A stretch of 64,000 nt of DNA from Candidatus Marinacidobacterales bacterium (GCA_965237955.1 OZ250169.1:2176001-2240000); one strand, 5' to 3'; numbered from the stretch's first letter, positions 30,873-42,070 are shown. Notes: generated by a model not told the origin, from the letters alone. Numbers and translations: made by a program.

Positions 30873-31867
30873 AAAGAACCCTCGTAGGCGACGCCACTTC
30901 CAGCAACGACTTCGCCAATCAGCCAGGCGTCGTCGAGCTTGGGATCATCCTTCGCGATCACGACCATGCCAACGCCCATGTTGAACGCGCGCAGCATCTC
31001 GGCCCCGGGAACGTTTCCTTTGTCCATCAGGTAACGGAACACCGGAAGCGGGCGGAGGTTTCCGAGATCGATGCGAACACCGCAACCTTCGGGAAGTACG
31101 CGAGGGACGTTGTCGGTGAGACCGCCCCCGGTGATGTGCGCGAGCGCGTGGATGGCGCCGGAATCAAGAAGGGGTTCCAGATCCGGAAGGTAGCAGCGAT
31201 GCCTCGCGAGGAGCACGTCCGCTATCGTTCCCCCGATAGCGTCGACATGGCTCGACGGCTCGAGCCCTTCCTGCTCGAAGAAGATCTTCCGTGCGAGGGA
31301 ATACCCGTTCGTATGCAGACCCCAGGAGGGAAGCGCCCACAGCCGCTCGCCCGGCTTCACCGCCGAGCCGTCGATGATGCGGTCTTCCTCGACGACGCCT
31401 ACGATCGTACCGGCGACATCGTACTCTCCCGGCGAGTAGAAGCCGGGCATCTCCGCGGTCTCGCCGCCGAGAAGAGACAGCTTGAACTCGCGGCAGGCCT
31501 CCGCCATCCCCGCAACCACCGAAGCCGCGACGCCTCCGTCGAGCTTTCCCATGGCGAGGTAGTCGAGAAAGAACAACGGACGGGCTCCTTGAACCAGGAT
31601 GTCGTTGATGCAGTGCGATACCAGGTCGTAGCCCACGCTGTCGTGGCGTCCGGTGGCGAAAGCGATCTTGAGCTTCGTACCGACGCCATCCGTGCTCGCA
31701 ACCAGAACAGGCCTCTTGTAGCGGTCGGTATCGAGCCGAAAGAGCCCGCCGAAGCTGCCGATATCGGAGAGCGTTCCCGGCTGGTAGGTCGAGCGGGCAG
31801 ATTCGCGCACTTTCTGAAGCGCTTTCGCCGCCGCGTCGATATCGACGCCTGCAGATCGGTAGTCCAC
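30869..31867 (-). CDS. purM: phosphoribosylformylglycinamidine cyclo-ligase
   Basis: YRSAGVDID, TDGVGTKL, GGETAEMPG, HITGGG, FNMGVG. Confidence 0.97.
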   Translation of the reverse strand: MDYRSAGVDIDAAAKALQKVRESARSTYQPGTLSDIGSFGGLFRLDTDRYKRPVLVASTDGVGTKLKIAFATGRHDSVGYDLVSHCINDILVQGARPLFFLDYLAMGKLDGGVAASVVAGMAEACREFKLSLLGGETAEMPGFYSPGEYDVAGTIVGVVEEDRIIDGSAVKPGERLWALPSWGLHTNGYSLARKIFFEQEGLEPSSHVDAIGGTIADVLLARHRCYLPDLEPLLDSGAIHALAHITGGGLTDNVPRVLPEGCGVRIDLGNLRPLPVFRYLMDKGNVPGAEMLRAFNMGVGMVVIAKDDPKLDDAWLIGEVVAGSGVAYEGSL

Positions 31868-31888
31868 GGTCAGCTATTATAAGGGCCC

Positions 31889-32638
31889 ATGCTGTCGATC
31901 GTTCTCATTACCAAGAACGCGGAACATCTATTGAGGAGAACTCTCGAGGCAGTCTCGTGGGCGGACGCCATCTTGATCGTCGACTCCGGCTCGACGGATG
32001 GCACCCGAGAGCTCGCCGAGACCATGGGCGCCAAGGTGCTGCTCCAAACCGATTGGAAAGGCTACGGCTATCAAAAGAGCTACGCGCTCTCGAAAGCCGA
32101 GGGCGACTGGATCTTGTTTCTCGACGCCGATGAGGTCGTGGACCCGAAGCTCGCCGAACAGATCCAGCGGGTGACGAAGACCGACGAAGGCGCGGCGGGC
32201 TACGCCATGCTCCGAGTGAACTACTTCTGTGGTGACCGGCTACGCTTCGGAAACGGCCGGCCCGACTACGTCGATCGTCTATTCAAACGGGGGAAGGGAA
32301 GTATCTCTGATCACCGCGTCCACGAGCGGGTAATCGTCGACGGTCCGGTGAAGCGACTGCAAGGAGAACTACAACACTACACGACGGAGTCCATCAGCCA
32401 CCGCGTGCGGAAAAACGACGAGTACGCGACCACGGCCGCGGAGGAACTGTACCGTCAGGGAAAACGGGCGTCGATGTTACAACTCTTGTTTCTCATGCCG
32501 CTTTCGATCTTCCGGGATCTGGTGTTGAAAGGCGGCATCCTCGACGGGAAAAACGGCGTCATCATGGCGGTGACAGGCGCGTTCTACTCGTTCAGCAAGT
32601 ACGCTAAGTTGTGGGAGCTCCAGAAAAAATCCTCTTGA
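31889..32638 (+). CDS. glycosyltransferase family 2 (WaaE/KdtX-like)
   Basis: VDSGSTDGT, LDADE, VHE motifs. Confidence 0.9.
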   Translation: MLSIVLITKNAEHLLRRTLEAVSWADAILIVDSGSTDGTRELAETMGAKVLLQTDWKGYGYQKSYALSKAEGDWILFLDADEVVDPKLAEQIQRVTKTDEGAAGYAMLRVNYFCGDRLRFGNGRPDYVDRLFKRGKGSISDHRVHERVIVDGPVKRLQGELQHYTTESISHRVRKNDEYATTAAEELYRQGKRASMLQLLFLMPLSIFRDLVLKGGILDGKNGVIMAVTGAFYSFSKYAKLWELQKKSS

Positions 32639-33230
32639 GCTTCGAGGACCAGCGGTGCCGACCCTCCTCGCGGCGCACCCACGATTCATCCTCTACCCAG
32701 TTCAGCTGGATCGCCCGGCGCTCACCCACGTAGGGCGTGTGCCCGTGCCACGCATTCTCCGAACAGCGGAACAACACAGCCGTCGCGTGCTCGGGTCGGA
32801 TGTCGGCAAAGTAATCGTCGAGGTTGTTCGTCGAACGCAGCAGCCGCAAATGCCCACCCTCATGCGGCCAGGCTCCGTTCACATAAATAAGGAGCGTGAC
32901 GAGCTTCCACGTCGAATCCCTGTGGATGCGACCGTCCTTGTCACGCGCGTGCCCGCGCACCGTCAGCATGGTGGGACGTCCGGTGAGGTCGATCTCGAAC
33001 TTCGACTCCACGGCTTTCGAGAGCAGGTCCCCGTGGAGCTCGTCGACCAGTTTGCCGAAAGCGGGACCGGAGGCGAGCTCGCTCAAGGGAAAGCTTCCGG
33101 CCTTGGGGACGGACGGGAAGTCGCGCTCGAGCTCCGCCATGGACTCCGAGCGAATGAATTGGGGTACGACCAGGTGCTCGAACGGCTCGCGCTCGAGGGG
33201 CGTGGCGCGCAAGCGTTCGAAGTCGATCAT
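32604..33230 (-). CDS. 2OG-Fe(II) oxygenase
   Basis: IHRD...WHGH...R motif; ATG overlaps the waaC stop. Confidence 0.85.
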   Translation of the reverse strand: MIDFERLRATPLEREPFEHLVVPQFIRSESMAELERDFPSVPKAGSFPLSELASGPAFGKLVDELHGDLLSKAVESKFEIDLTGRPTMLTVRGHARDKDGRIHRDSTWKLVTLLIYVNGAWPHEGGHLRLLRSTNNLDDYFADIRPEHATAVLFRCSENAWHGHTPYVGERRAIQLNWVEDESWVRREEGRHRWSSKLKRIFSGAPTT

Positions 33231-34258
33231 GTTTGGAGCCTTCGGCGTACGGCGTCCAGCACGTCGTCGACCTCGATTGACGTCATGCACACGTTGCCGT
33301 AGCCGGGGCAACGGTGTTTGTAGCACGGCCCACAGGGAACGTCCTGCCAAACCACTTCGTCTCCCGCACCGAAAGGACCGTTTCTCGCCGGATCGGTGGG
33401 TCCGAAGATCCCCACCACGGGAACACCGAACGCCGAGGCCAGGTGGATCGGACCGGTGTCGCCGCTGACGAAAAGACGCGCACGCCGAATGTAGGGGATG
33501 ACGTCGCGAAGCCCGGTGGCCGGCGCGAGCTTGGCAGCCTCGCCCGAAATCTCCACGATGCGACGCGCAATATCCTCTTCGCCGGGCCCCCAGATGACCA
33601 GTGACGGCAGTTCTAGTTCCTCCGCGAGCGCAACCGCGAGGGCGCCGAATTTTTCCGGATCCCACCGTTTGGTCACCCAGCTGGCGCCGGGATTGAGGAC
33701 GACATAGTCGGTCAATCCCAACGACTCGAGTTTCGCTGCCGCGGCCTGGTCCATCTCGTCGGGAACGACGATGGGAAAGTTCCGTTCGTGAGTCTCGATA
33801 TCGAAAACGGTGAGAAGGCGCAGGTGCCGGTCGATGACGTGATGCGGGGCACCGTTGACCCCAATCCGCTCCGAGTAGAAAAGGCTCGCGCCTTTCTCCT
33901 TGAGCGCGCTCGTGGCGAAGCCAACGTGTCGATCGCTTTTTGCGAGCCGGGCGGCAACGGACGATTTGATCGTGCCTTGCAGATCGAGGACGACGTCGTA
34001 GTCGCGCTTGCGAATCTCGCGGACACTTGCGGCGATCTCCCTCCACGTGGCGGGCGAGAACAGACGCTTGCGCCAACGGAAGGTGTCGACCTCGACGAGC
34101 TCGTTCACGTCGGGATTCGACAACAACACATCTCGGTGGCGGGTTTCCACGAGCCAATCGATGGTCGCGTCGGGGAAGCGCCGTCTGAGCGCCGAGAGTG
34201 CTGGCAGCGTGTGAACCAGGTCCCCGATAGAGCTCAGGCGAACCATGAGGATGCGCAT
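33227..34258 (-). CDS. waaC: lipopolysaccharide heptosyltransferase (GT9)
   Basis: RLSSIGDLVH, DLQG, SGDTGPIHLA, FGPTDP. Confidence 0.85.
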   Translation of the reverse strand: MRILMVRLSSIGDLVHTLPALSALRRRFPDATIDWLVETRHRDVLLSNPDVNELVEVDTFRWRKRLFSPATWREIAASVREIRKRDYDVVLDLQGTIKSSVAARLAKSDRHVGFATSALKEKGASLFYSERIGVNGAPHHVIDRHLRLLTVFDIETHERNFPIVVPDEMDQAAAAKLESLGLTDYVVLNPGASWVTKRWDPEKFGALAVALAEELELPSLVIWGPGEEDIARRIVEISGEAAKLAPATGLRDVIPYIRRARLFVSGDTGPIHLASAFGVPVVGIFGPTDPARNGPFGAGDEVVWQDVPCGPCYKHRCPGYGNVCMTSIEVDDVLDAVRRRLQT

Positions 34259-34302
34259 GGGTGCCAGGCACGAGCGTAGCTTTCGCTCGAGGCGAAAGCA
34301 AA

Positions 34303-35664
34303 CTACCGGCGTTTTTCGGCTTTTTCGATTTGCTCGGCGATCGCTCGAGGGGAGACGCCACCTTCGGTGTCACGGCGGGCGACGGACGCCCGATAATCCC
34401 AAACCGAAGACACGTTCTCGTCGAAGTGCAGCGAGAACTCGCGCAGCTCCTTGAGCGTGAGCTCGTCCGGCGGCACACCTTTCTCGGCAGCGCGGGCAAG
34501 AACCTGGCCGACGATCGCGTGCGCGTTTCGGAACGGAACGTCCTTTCGGACCAGGTACTCGGCGAGGTCGGTCGCAAGAAGATCCGGTGACAACGCTTCG
34601 GCCATCTTGTCACGGTTGACGACGAGTGTTCTCACGACGCCCTCCATCACCGGGAGCACGAGCGCGAGCGTGTCGAGCGTATCGAAGGCGGGCTCTTTGT
34701 CTTCCTGGAGATCGCGTTGATAGCCGGTCGCAAGTCCTTTCACCGTCGTCATGAGCGAGACCAGATTGCCGGCGAGCCTTCCCGATTTGCCGCGGATGAG
34801 CTCGAGACTGTCCGGGTTGCGCTTTTGCGGCATGAGGCTCGAGCCGGTCGTGAAGCTCTCATCGATGGTGACGAAGCCGTACTCGGCGCCCGACCACAGA
34901 ATGAGGTCTTCCGCCATGCGAGACAGGTTCGTTCCCAGGATCGCGCCCGCCGATAAAAACTCGAGAATGTAGTCTCGTGACGAGATCGCGTCGATGCTGT
35001 TCGGGAGCACCGTGTCGAAACCGAGCTCTTCGGCGAGCCGCTGGCGGTTCACACCGAACGGATTGCCGGCGAGCGCACCAGCGCCGAGCGCAAGCCCGAG
35101 AGCACGAGTGCGCGCGGCGGCCAGGCGCACGCGGTCGCGATCGAGCGCCCAGAAGTAGGCGAGCAAGTACTGCGCGAACACCACCGGCTGACCCCGGCGA
35201 AGGTGGGTGTAGCCCGGCAGGATCGCATCCTGGTTCGCGCGCGCCTGCTCGAGAAGACTCGACTCGAGCTTCTCGATGTCGTTGATGCGAGCTTGGATCG
35301 CGCTCGCCAAGTACAAGCGAAGCTCGGTGACGGCGAGATCGTTCCGACTTCGTCCCGTCGGGACTTTCGCGGCGATATCGGGATCGTCGATGGCTTCGCC
35401 AAGCATGCGCTCGACGGCGGTGTGGATGTCCTCGTCATCGAGCGAAGGTTTCTCGCGAAGCTTCCCCTCGACGCGATCGAGCCCGGTTAGAATTTTCTGC
35501 AGCTCGTCGTCGCTCAAGACCCCGACCGCCTTCAGCTCGCGCGCGTATGCACGGTTGATGCGCACGTCCTCGAACGCGAGCCTGCGATCGAAATCGATGG
35601 AGCTCCCGAGGACTTCGAGCTCAGGCGCCGTGGGCTTTTTGAACCGGCCGCCCCAGAGTTTCAT
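34303..35664 (-). CDS. argH: argininosuccinate lyase
   Basis: [26 protein letters not shown]. Confidence 0.97.
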   Translation of the reverse strand: MKLWGGRFKKPTAPELEVLGSSIDFDRRLAFEDVRINRAYARELKAVGVLSDDELQKILTGLDRVEGKLREKPSLDDEDIHTAVERMLGEAIDDPDIAAKVPTGRSRNDLAVTELRLYLASAIQARINDIEKLESSLLEQARANQDAILPGYTHLRRGQPVVFAQYLLAYFWALDRDRVRLAAARTRALGLALGAGALAGNPFGVNRQRLAEELGFDTVLPNSIDAISSRDYILEFLSAGAILGTNLSRMAEDLILWSGAEYGFVTIDESFTTGSSLMPQKRNPDSLELIRGKSGRLAGNLVSLMTTVKGLATGYQRDLQEDKEPAFDTLDTLALVLPVMEGVVRTLVVNRDKMAEALSPDLLATDLAEYLVRKDVPFRNAHAIVGQVLARAAEKGVPPDELTLKELREFSLHFDENVSSVWDYRASVARRDTEGGVSPRAIAEQIEKAEKRR

Positions 35665-36923
35665 CCGCGACGGCTCGTGTGCCACTTTTCGAGCACGGGG
35701 GACAAACTCCCCTTGCTTTGCTTGCGCGCCAAGTTGCGGATCTTTTGAGGCAGACCGAAGAGCCGAATGAACCCTTCGGCGTCCGATTGCTGGTACACAT
35801 CGTCCTCGCCGAACGTCGCGAACTGCTCCGAGTACAAGCTTTCGGGTGAACGGCGTCCGACCGCCGAAGCCTGCCCTTTGAAAAGCTGCACAAGGACTTC
35901 GCCGGTCACCGTTTCCTGAGTCGACTCAACGAACGAGTCGATCGCTTCTCGAAGCGGCGAGAACCACTGGCCGTCGTAGACGATCTCCGAGTACTTGTTG
36001 GCGACGTTCGCTTTGTAGTGCGAGGTCTCGCGGTCGAGGGTAATGCTCTCGAGGGATTGGTGCGCCTCCCAGAGGATCGTGCCGCCCGGCGTTTCGTAAA
36101 CACCTCTCGATTTCATCCCCACGAGACGATTCTCGACGATGTCGATCCGACCGACGCCGTGCTCACCACCGAGCTCGTTGAGCTTTTCCAGGAGTGCGAC
36201 CGGCTCGAGCTCTTTGCCGTTCACCGAGACCGGAGTTCCGCGGTTGAAGACGATCTCGACGTACTCGGGCCGATCCGGTGCATCGGCGGGAGATTTCGTC
36301 AGCTGGTACAGGTTGTCGGGCGGTGGAGCCCACGGGTCTTCGAGGACACCGCCCTCGTGGCTGAGGTGAAGGAGGTTCTGGTCACGGCTATAGATGTTCT
36401 CTTTGCTCTGAGCAACCGGGATGTTGTGCTTCGCAGCGTAGGCGAGGGCGTCCTCGCGGGAGCGGATGTCCCATTCACGCCAAGGCGCAATCACTTTGAG
36501 CTCGGGCGCGAGCGCCTGGTAGGTGAGCTCGAAGCGAACCTGGTCGTTGCCCTTGCCAGTGCAGCCGTGGGCAAGGTACTCCGCGCCTTCGTCGAGGGCG
36601 ATCTCGACCTGACGCTTGGCGATGATCGGGCGCGCGAGCGAAGTGCCCAGTAGGTAGTTGTGTTCGTAGCGGGCGCCGGCCCGAAGAGCCGGGAACACGT
36701 AGTCGCGCACGAACTCGGTGCGCAAATCTTCGACGAACGTTTTGGAGGCGCCGATGTCCGTGCCCTTCTTGGCCGCGGCCTCGAGGTCTTCGCCCTGCCC
36801 CACGTCGGCGAGCATCGCGATGACCTCACAATCGTAGTTTTCCTTGAGCCAGGGCACGATGACCGAAGTGTCGAGCCCGCCCGAATACGCCAGAACGACT
36901 TTCTTCGTGGCACTCTTAGTCAT
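35661..36923 (-). CDS. argG: argininosuccinate synthase
   Basis: [33 protein letters not shown]. Confidence 0.98.
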   Translation of the reverse strand: MTKSATKKVVLAYSGGLDTSVIVPWLKENYDCEVIAMLADVGQGEDLEAAAKKGTDIGASKTFVEDLRTEFVRDYVFPALRAGARYEHNYLLGTSLARPIIAKRQVEIALDEGAEYLAHGCTGKGNDQVRFELTYQALAPELKVIAPWREWDIRSREDALAYAAKHNIPVAQSKENIYSRDQNLLHLSHEGGVLEDPWAPPPDNLYQLTKSPADAPDRPEYVEIVFNRGTPVSVNGKELEPVALLEKLNELGGEHGVGRIDIVENRLVGMKSRGVYETPGGTILWEAHQSLESITLDRETSHYKANVANKYSEIVYDGQWFSPLREAIDSFVESTQETVTGEVLVQLFKGQASAVGRRSPESLYSEQFATFGEDDVYQQSDAEGFIRLFGLPQKIRNLARKQSKGSLSPVLEKWHTSRRG

Positions 36924-36955
36924 AATAATTCATTTATATCGCATAATTATGCACC
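36917..36955 (-). promoter_or_regulatory. tandem ARG boxes (ArgR operator)
   Basis: GGTGCATAATTATGCGAT-ATA-AATGAATTATTATGACTA: two 18-bp boxes 3 bp apart, overlapping the argG start. Confidence 0.75.
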
Positions 36956-37200
36956 AGGCAACCCAAAGTGGTCGCTGTGGCTCGCTCGGAGAGTAATCTA
37001 CTTCACTGCGGACCACACTCGCGAGGCAACCGCGCGCAAGCCAGCCTTCCTACCACCAGCTTCGTCACTTGCTCAAAGAGCACGGCCGGACGAGGAGTCG
37101 TAGCGCTCGGCTGATCGATAGAGGTTATGATCTTCTCCTTTGTGAAATCCTGCGTGTTCTTCGTGTCTTCCTTGTAGGCTGGTAGGCTGGTAGGTAAAGT

Positions 37201-37866
37201 TTGAGTAAGCTCGATGGGTGGGGGCTCGATGGTGACAAAGTCATCAAAGAGACCTATCTCACCAGAAAACCGGCGCCGCGCAGTCAGTGGGTGGCGCTCG
37301 GAAGCGTCGCTGTTCTGTTCATGGCGTCGCTCGTTTATTGGAGCGACCTATTTGGAATCGCCTCGCTGCTGCCCGCAAGCCGTGAGAGCGTGTACTTCCG
37401 AGGCGAGTACTGGCGACTCGGGACTTCGATCCTGATACACGCCGACTTCCAGCATTTTCTCGCGAACGGCGTCGTGCTCGGTGTTCTGGCGTTTCTGCTC
37501 TATGGATACTACGGCGCGTCCGTTTACCCTGGGCTGACGCTTTTCTTCGGCGCAATCGTTACCGGGCTCGCGCTTCGCACCTATCCCACCCAGACCTGGC
37601 TCGTCGGGGCGTCCGGGGTCGTGTACTTGATGGCGGGTTTCTGGCTAGCTCTTTATTTGATGTTGGAACGCCGTGTGGGTATCGGCAAGCGCCTCGTTCG
37701 CGCTATCGGCTTCGGCGTCATCGTGCTCGTTCCCACCGCGTTCGAGCCGGCGGTGAGCTATCGCACGCATCTCATCGGTTTTCTCGTCGGGATCGGCTTC
37801 GCCATCGCCTACTTCTCGAAGCACAAAGAAAGACTCCGCGCCGCCGAACGCATCGCCTACGAATAG
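37201..37866 (+). CDS. rhomboid family intramembrane serine protease
   Basis: EYWRL, HADFQH, GASG, HLIGFLVG. Confidence 0.9.
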   Translation: MSKLDGWGLDGDKVIKETYLTRKPAPRSQWVALGSVAVLFMASLVYWSDLFGIASLLPASRESVYFRGEYWRLGTSILIHADFQHFLANGVVLGVLAFLLYGYYGASVYPGLTLFFGAIVTGLALRTYPTQTWLVGASGVVYLMAGFWLALYLMLERRVGIGKRLVRAIGFGVIVLVPTAFEPAVSYRTHLIGFLVGIGFAIAYFSKHKERLRAAERIAYE

Positions 37867-37915
37867 TTAGTTTGGCCGCGCTCTCGGTCTCTGTGCCTGT
37901 GTGGCCAATTTCCGA

Positions 37916-38743
37916 TCAATCGGTGTCGTTGTCGGAGTCGGTGTCGGCGATGCCTCGGCCGCTGTAGGCGAGTGCCATCGCACGCTCGGTGACTTTGGCG
38001 TAGAGGCGCTCCAGTGCGCCCCGGATCTCAGGGTGCGGCTTCCAGAAGGACGGTACACCGAGACGCTTGAGAAGAGATGCGGAAACGGCGGGCGGGCCCA
38101 CGGATATCGACACCGTGTGGAAGCTTTCACCAAGCTTCCAGTAGTCGGCCATCGACTCTTCCAGGCTGCGCGTCGACGAACGATCGAGTGGGCGTCCCGA
38201 GGCTTCCGCAGCACGTTGCTGTCCCAGCTCTCGCAGTATCCGCCCGCGGCTTCGTCCGCGCCACTCGAACAATAAAAACGGATCCGCGTCGAGCTTGTCC
38301 GCGAGCACGTAGTGGATCGCCACGATGTGTTTGCACGGCACGACGGCGTCCAGGCACGAGCACTTCATCGTGAGCTCGCCGGGTGAGTTTGGAAAAAGAG
38401 ACAGGCCGACACCCGAGAACGCCTCCTCGATGTTCTCCGGCATCTCTCCCGAAAGAAGTTTCGCGGAGAACAACGCTTGCGACGCGAGAGCTTTGACCGC
38501 CTCGTGCCACTCTTCGTCGGTGAAAGCGTCGACCCCGATCTCAACCTGGTAGGGATCGTAGCGCGAGCCCTGGACGTTGGCGCTCACGAGCCCGGGCTCG
38601 ATCTCGAGTGAAAAAACACGCTCGGCGCGCGCATAGTGTTTCCCGCGCTCGAGTCGGCGGGTAACACCGATCGATTCCATGACCGCCCACCAGCGCTCGG
38701 ACCACCAACGGCCGTCGCTCTCGGTCTCGCTCGTCGTCGCCAT
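37916..38743 (-). CDS. SWIM zinc-finger protein
   Basis: RLERGKHYAR, VQGS, CSC...CKH, DPF. Confidence 0.9.
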   Translation of the reverse strand: MATTSETESDGRWWSERWWAVMESIGVTRRLERGKHYARAERVFSLEIEPGLVSANVQGSRYDPYQVEIGVDAFTDEEWHEAVKALASQALFSAKLLSGEMPENIEEAFSGVGLSLFPNSPGELTMKCSCLDAVVPCKHIVAIHYVLADKLDADPFLLFEWRGRSRGRILRELGQQRAAEASGRPLDRSSTRSLEESMADYWKLGESFHTVSISVGPPAVSASLLKRLGVPSFWKPHPEIRGALERLYAKVTERAMALAYSGRGIADTDSDNDTD

Positions 38744-38753
38744 ACTTAGTGCC

Positions 38754-41700
38754 CTAGCCTTCGATCGCCTCGGTGCGCAGCTCGAAGAGCTCGCACAAAC
38801 TCTCGGTGTTGAGCTCGGTCAACCAGCCTTCTCCGGATTGAATAACCGCGCCCGCCAATTTTTTTTTTCGCTCCGCAAGCTCGTCGATGCGCTCCTCGAT
38901 GGTGCCGGCGCAAATGAATTTGTAAACGGCCACCGATCGTGTCTGTCCGATTCGAAACGCCCGATCGGTAGCCTGATCTTCCACCGCCGGGTTCCACCAG
39001 CGGTCGAAGTGAAACACGTGTCGCGCCTGGGTGAGGTTCAAACCGAATCCGCCGGCTTTCAACGACAGTACGAAAATCGGCGGGCCGGCGTCGTCCTCTT
39101 GGAACGAGGTGATCATGCGCTCGCGCTCCGCTGAGGGCACCGCGCCGTAAAGAAACGAAACGTCGACGGAAAGCGTCGTGCGTAGGTGCCGTTCGATGAG
39201 CTTCCCCATCTCCGCATACTGCGTAAACACGAGAGCGCGATCGCCTTCGGCGAGCACCTCTTCCAACATCTCCGTCAACCGCGACAGCTTTCCCGAGCGC
39301 CCGGGGAGCGTACTCCCGTCACCGAGAAAATGCGCTGGGTGATTACAGATTTGTTTGAGCCGCGTGAGAGCAGCGAGCACTTCACCTTTGCGCCCGATGC
39401 CTTCCGAGCCTTCGATCCGCTCGAGGCTATCTTGCACGACCGCCTGGTACAACGTCCCCTGCTCCCGGGTGAGCGTGCAATAGACCTTCATCTCGTTCTT
39501 CGACGGCAGGTCTTTGATGACGGTCGGGTCGGTCTTCACTCGCCTCAGAACGAACGGCTCGATGAGACGGCGGAACTCGTCCGTGGCCGCGCCGTCGCGA
39601 TAGCGCTCGATAGGTAGGGCGTAGTGGCGGCGGAACGCCGCTTCGGATCCAAGGTAGCCGGGGTTCAAGAACTCCATGATAGACCAGAGCTCTTGGAGGC
39701 GGTTTTCCACCGGCGTGCCGGTGAGTGCGATGCGGCGAGGTGCGTTCAAACGCCTGAGCGCCTTGGTCTGCTTCGCCTGCGGGTTCTTGATGTTCTGCGC
39801 TTCGTCGAGCACCAACCCGCCCCACTCGACGGCGTCGAGCTGTTCCAAATCGCGATGCGCGAGGCTGTACGTGGACACGACGAGATGATGCCGGTTCGCT
39901 TCGCGCTTGAAGTCCTCACCCTCGTGGCGGTCGAGCCCGTGATGGATGAGAACGCTGAGAGTCGGCGCGAATCGCTCGGCCTCTTTGCGCCAGTTGCCGA
40001 CGACCGACGTGGGACATATGAGAAGAAACGGTCTCTCGAGAGTGCCTTCCTCTTGGAGATGCAACAAAAGCGCCAGGACTTGAATCGTCTTCCCAAGGCC
40101 CATGTCATCGGCAAGGCACGCGCCGAGACGGAATTGTCCGAGAAACAAGAGCCACGCGAGGCCGTGAACTTGGTACGGCCGGAGCGTTCCTCGGAACGTA
40201 GCCGGTGGTTCGACGTCGGGCAGTTCGTCATGGCCTGCCAGCTTCGACAAGAGCGCGTCGACCCAGCCGGTGGCGCGCAAATCGGTCACCGGAAGCCTGC
40301 GGTCGCCGAGGCGGCCGAGCTTGAGTTGCAGCACGTCTCCGAGAGTCATCTCGGGAACCGCGGGGCGCGATTCGATCGCGCTCAAGACTTCCTGAACACG
40401 CGCAGGCGAGAGCTCGACCCACTGGCCGCGCACTCGTACCAGGGGTTGTTTCATCTCGGCGAGCTCGAGAAACTCTTCGCGACTCAAGCTCTCGGCACCG
40501 AGAGCCAGTTGCCAGTCGAACTCCACCAGCGCGTCGAGACCGAGCCGGCTCACGACGCTCCGTGGTCCTTGCGCGCGCGGCGAGACTTGAAGGCTCAGGC
40601 CGACGCCGTGCTCACGTTTACCCCACCACGACGGCACCAGGACACCGTAGCCACTTTCACGCAATAGAAACGCGCCTTCGGTGAGAAACGTGTACGCCTG
40701 ATCGAGATCGAGTGACAACGACTCGGGTCGCGACTCTTTCAAGCTTTCTTCGAGCGGCGGATAGAGCGCGGCGGCCCGCCCGAGCGCTTCGAGAACGACT
40801 TCATGCGGGCGTTCGAGCCGGCGCTCGAGGTAACGCCACGACGTCCCGCCGTGCTCCCATACGCGCGCGAGCGGCACGAGAAGACTTTCGTCGTCCAGCG
40901 CCTGCAGAAAGAATCGCAGCTCCCAGTTGTCATCGCCTTCGGCTTGCTCTTGACCATCAAAATCTCGGGCGAGCTCCGGGTCGGGAGACCGCGGTGGTTC
41001 CAGTCGAAACGCGATCCGGAAAGGAACCTCGTGCTCTTCGTCGAACTGCGCTTTCCAACTGAGAAGATCTTCTCGAAGTGCTTCGATGGTTTTGTCCGAG
41101 CCTTGGAACGTGCCCTCGGTTTCGAGAAGCGACGATGCGAACTGCTCACCGCTCGTCTCGACGAAGCGCGGCCGCACCCGGAGCCGCGACGCTGCTCGCC
41201 GTACGAATCGATCGACGACCGAGACCAGGAAATCCGAAAAGAGCACGTCGCGGCTCGATTCTTCGGGGCTCGAGTCCACGGTAGTGGCGACGGCACGGCA
41301 CACCGGTGGCATCGCCGCTCGGAGCGCTTCCACGCGGTCGAGCTCTTCTTCGACGAGGGGCTCCCACCGCGCCTCGGCAAAGGTATCGTCCGCCACGATC
41401 GCGGGGAGGAATCGCTGCCGGGCCAGAAGCTCGAGGGCGAACCGGGCGACGGCGGACCAGTACTGCAAGTCCGCGCCGAGATGGAGCCGATACGGCAACG
41501 GCTCGTCCGCAGCCGGTAGCATAGCGAGCCAAGCGAGAGCTGACTCCGGCGGAAGCGACACGCCTCGGATGTTCCATGCGGCGAGGCGTGGGGTAACACC
41601 CGAGGGCTGCTCGCGATGAAAGTGGTGCTCGGGCGAAGGCAACGGGAATCCGTTCTCGGACGGCAAAAGAAGCGTGACCCCGTCGTCACCAACCTCGAGG

Positions 41701-41876
41701 CGGGTCTCTCCGTCGGAGAGCGCTTCGAGTAAACTCGCTTGGATGTGATCGCGCGCGAGTTGATACGGATGATCGCCGTTTCTGCCGTTGTTGGACAACG
41801 ACTCAATCGGCTCGGTCTCTCCCCAAAGGAAGAACCGTTCTTTAATAGGCAGCCAGGTCCCGTGTGCAACGATCAC
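38754..41876 (-). CDS. SNF2-family helicase (DUF3670-type)
   Basis: LADDMGLGKT, LDEAQNIKN, LTGTPVEN, DRWWNPAVEDQATDRAFRIGQ. Confidence 0.95.
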   Translation of the reverse strand: MIVAHGTWLPIKERFFLWGETEPIESLSNNGRNGDHPYQLARDHIQASLLEALSDGETRLEVGDDGVTLLLPSENGFPLPSPEHHFHREQPSGVTPRLAAWNIRGVSLPPESALAWLAMLPAADEPLPYRLHLGADLQYWSAVARFALELLARQRFLPAIVADDTFAEARWEPLVEEELDRVEALRAAMPPVCRAVATTVDSSPEESSRDVLFSDFLVSVVDRFVRRAASRLRVRPRFVETSGEQFASSLLETEGTFQGSDKTIEALREDLLSWKAQFDEEHEVPFRIAFRLEPPRSPDPELARDFDGQEQAEGDDNWELRFFLQALDDESLLVPLARVWEHGGTSWRYLERRLERPHEVVLEALGRAAALYPPLEESLKESRPESLSLDLDQAYTFLTEGAFLLRESGYGVLVPSWWGKREHGVGLSLQVSPRAQGPRSVVSRLGLDALVEFDWQLALGAESLSREEFLELAEMKQPLVRVRGQWVELSPARVQEVLSAIESRPAVPEMTLGDVLQLKLGRLGDRRLPVTDLRATGWVDALLSKLAGHDELPDVEPPATFRGTLRPYQVHGLAWLLFLGQFRLGACLADDMGLGKTIQVLALLLHLQEEGTLERPFLLICPTSVVGNWRKEAERFAPTLSVLIHHGLDRHEGEDFKREANRHHLVVSTYSLAHRDLEQLDAVEWGGLVLDEAQNIKNPQAKQTKALRRLNAPRRIALTGTPVENRLQELWSIMEFLNPGYLGSEAAFRRHYALPIERYRDGAATDEFRRLIEPFVLRRVKTDPTVIKDLPSKNEMKVYCTLTREQGTLYQAVVQDSLERIEGSEGIGRKGEVLAALTRLKQICNHPAHFLGDGSTLPGRSGKLSRLTEMLEEVLAEGDRALVFTQYAEMGKLIERHLRTTLSVDVSFLYGAVPSAERERMITSFQEDDAGPPIFVLSLKAGGFGLNLTQARHVFHFDRWWNPAVEDQATDRAFRIGQTRSVAVYKFICAGTIEERIDELAERKKKLAGAVIQSGEGWLTELNTESLCELFELRTEAIEG

Positions 41877-41946
41877 GTAAGCTCGATTTTCAAGAGGTTG
41901 AAGTTAGACGGTGGCAGTCAAGCGGAATGTCAGACCTTATCGGAAC

Positions 41947-42042
41947 TGGCGGAGAGGGTGGGATTCGAACCCACGTGCCCGGGTATTAACCGGACAAGAC
42001 GCTTTCGAGGCGCCCCCGTTACGACCACTTCGGTACCTCTCC
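41947..42042 (-). tRNA. tRNA-Ser(CGA)
   Basis: GGAGAGGTACCGAAGTGG...CTCGAAA...long variable arm...GCCA. Confidence 0.95.
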
Positions 42043-42070
42043 GAAACCCAATTACCCTGAGATTTGATGC

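Noticed and set aside
32604-34613. 669-aa ORF in the track
   Set aside because: The real gene starts at 33230; the extension is an alternate frame over waaC and argH
37916-42042. SWIM-SNF2 pair next to tRNA-Ser as a defence island
   Set aside because: Common gene pair; no integrase, no duplicated tRNA 3' end and no composition shift seen
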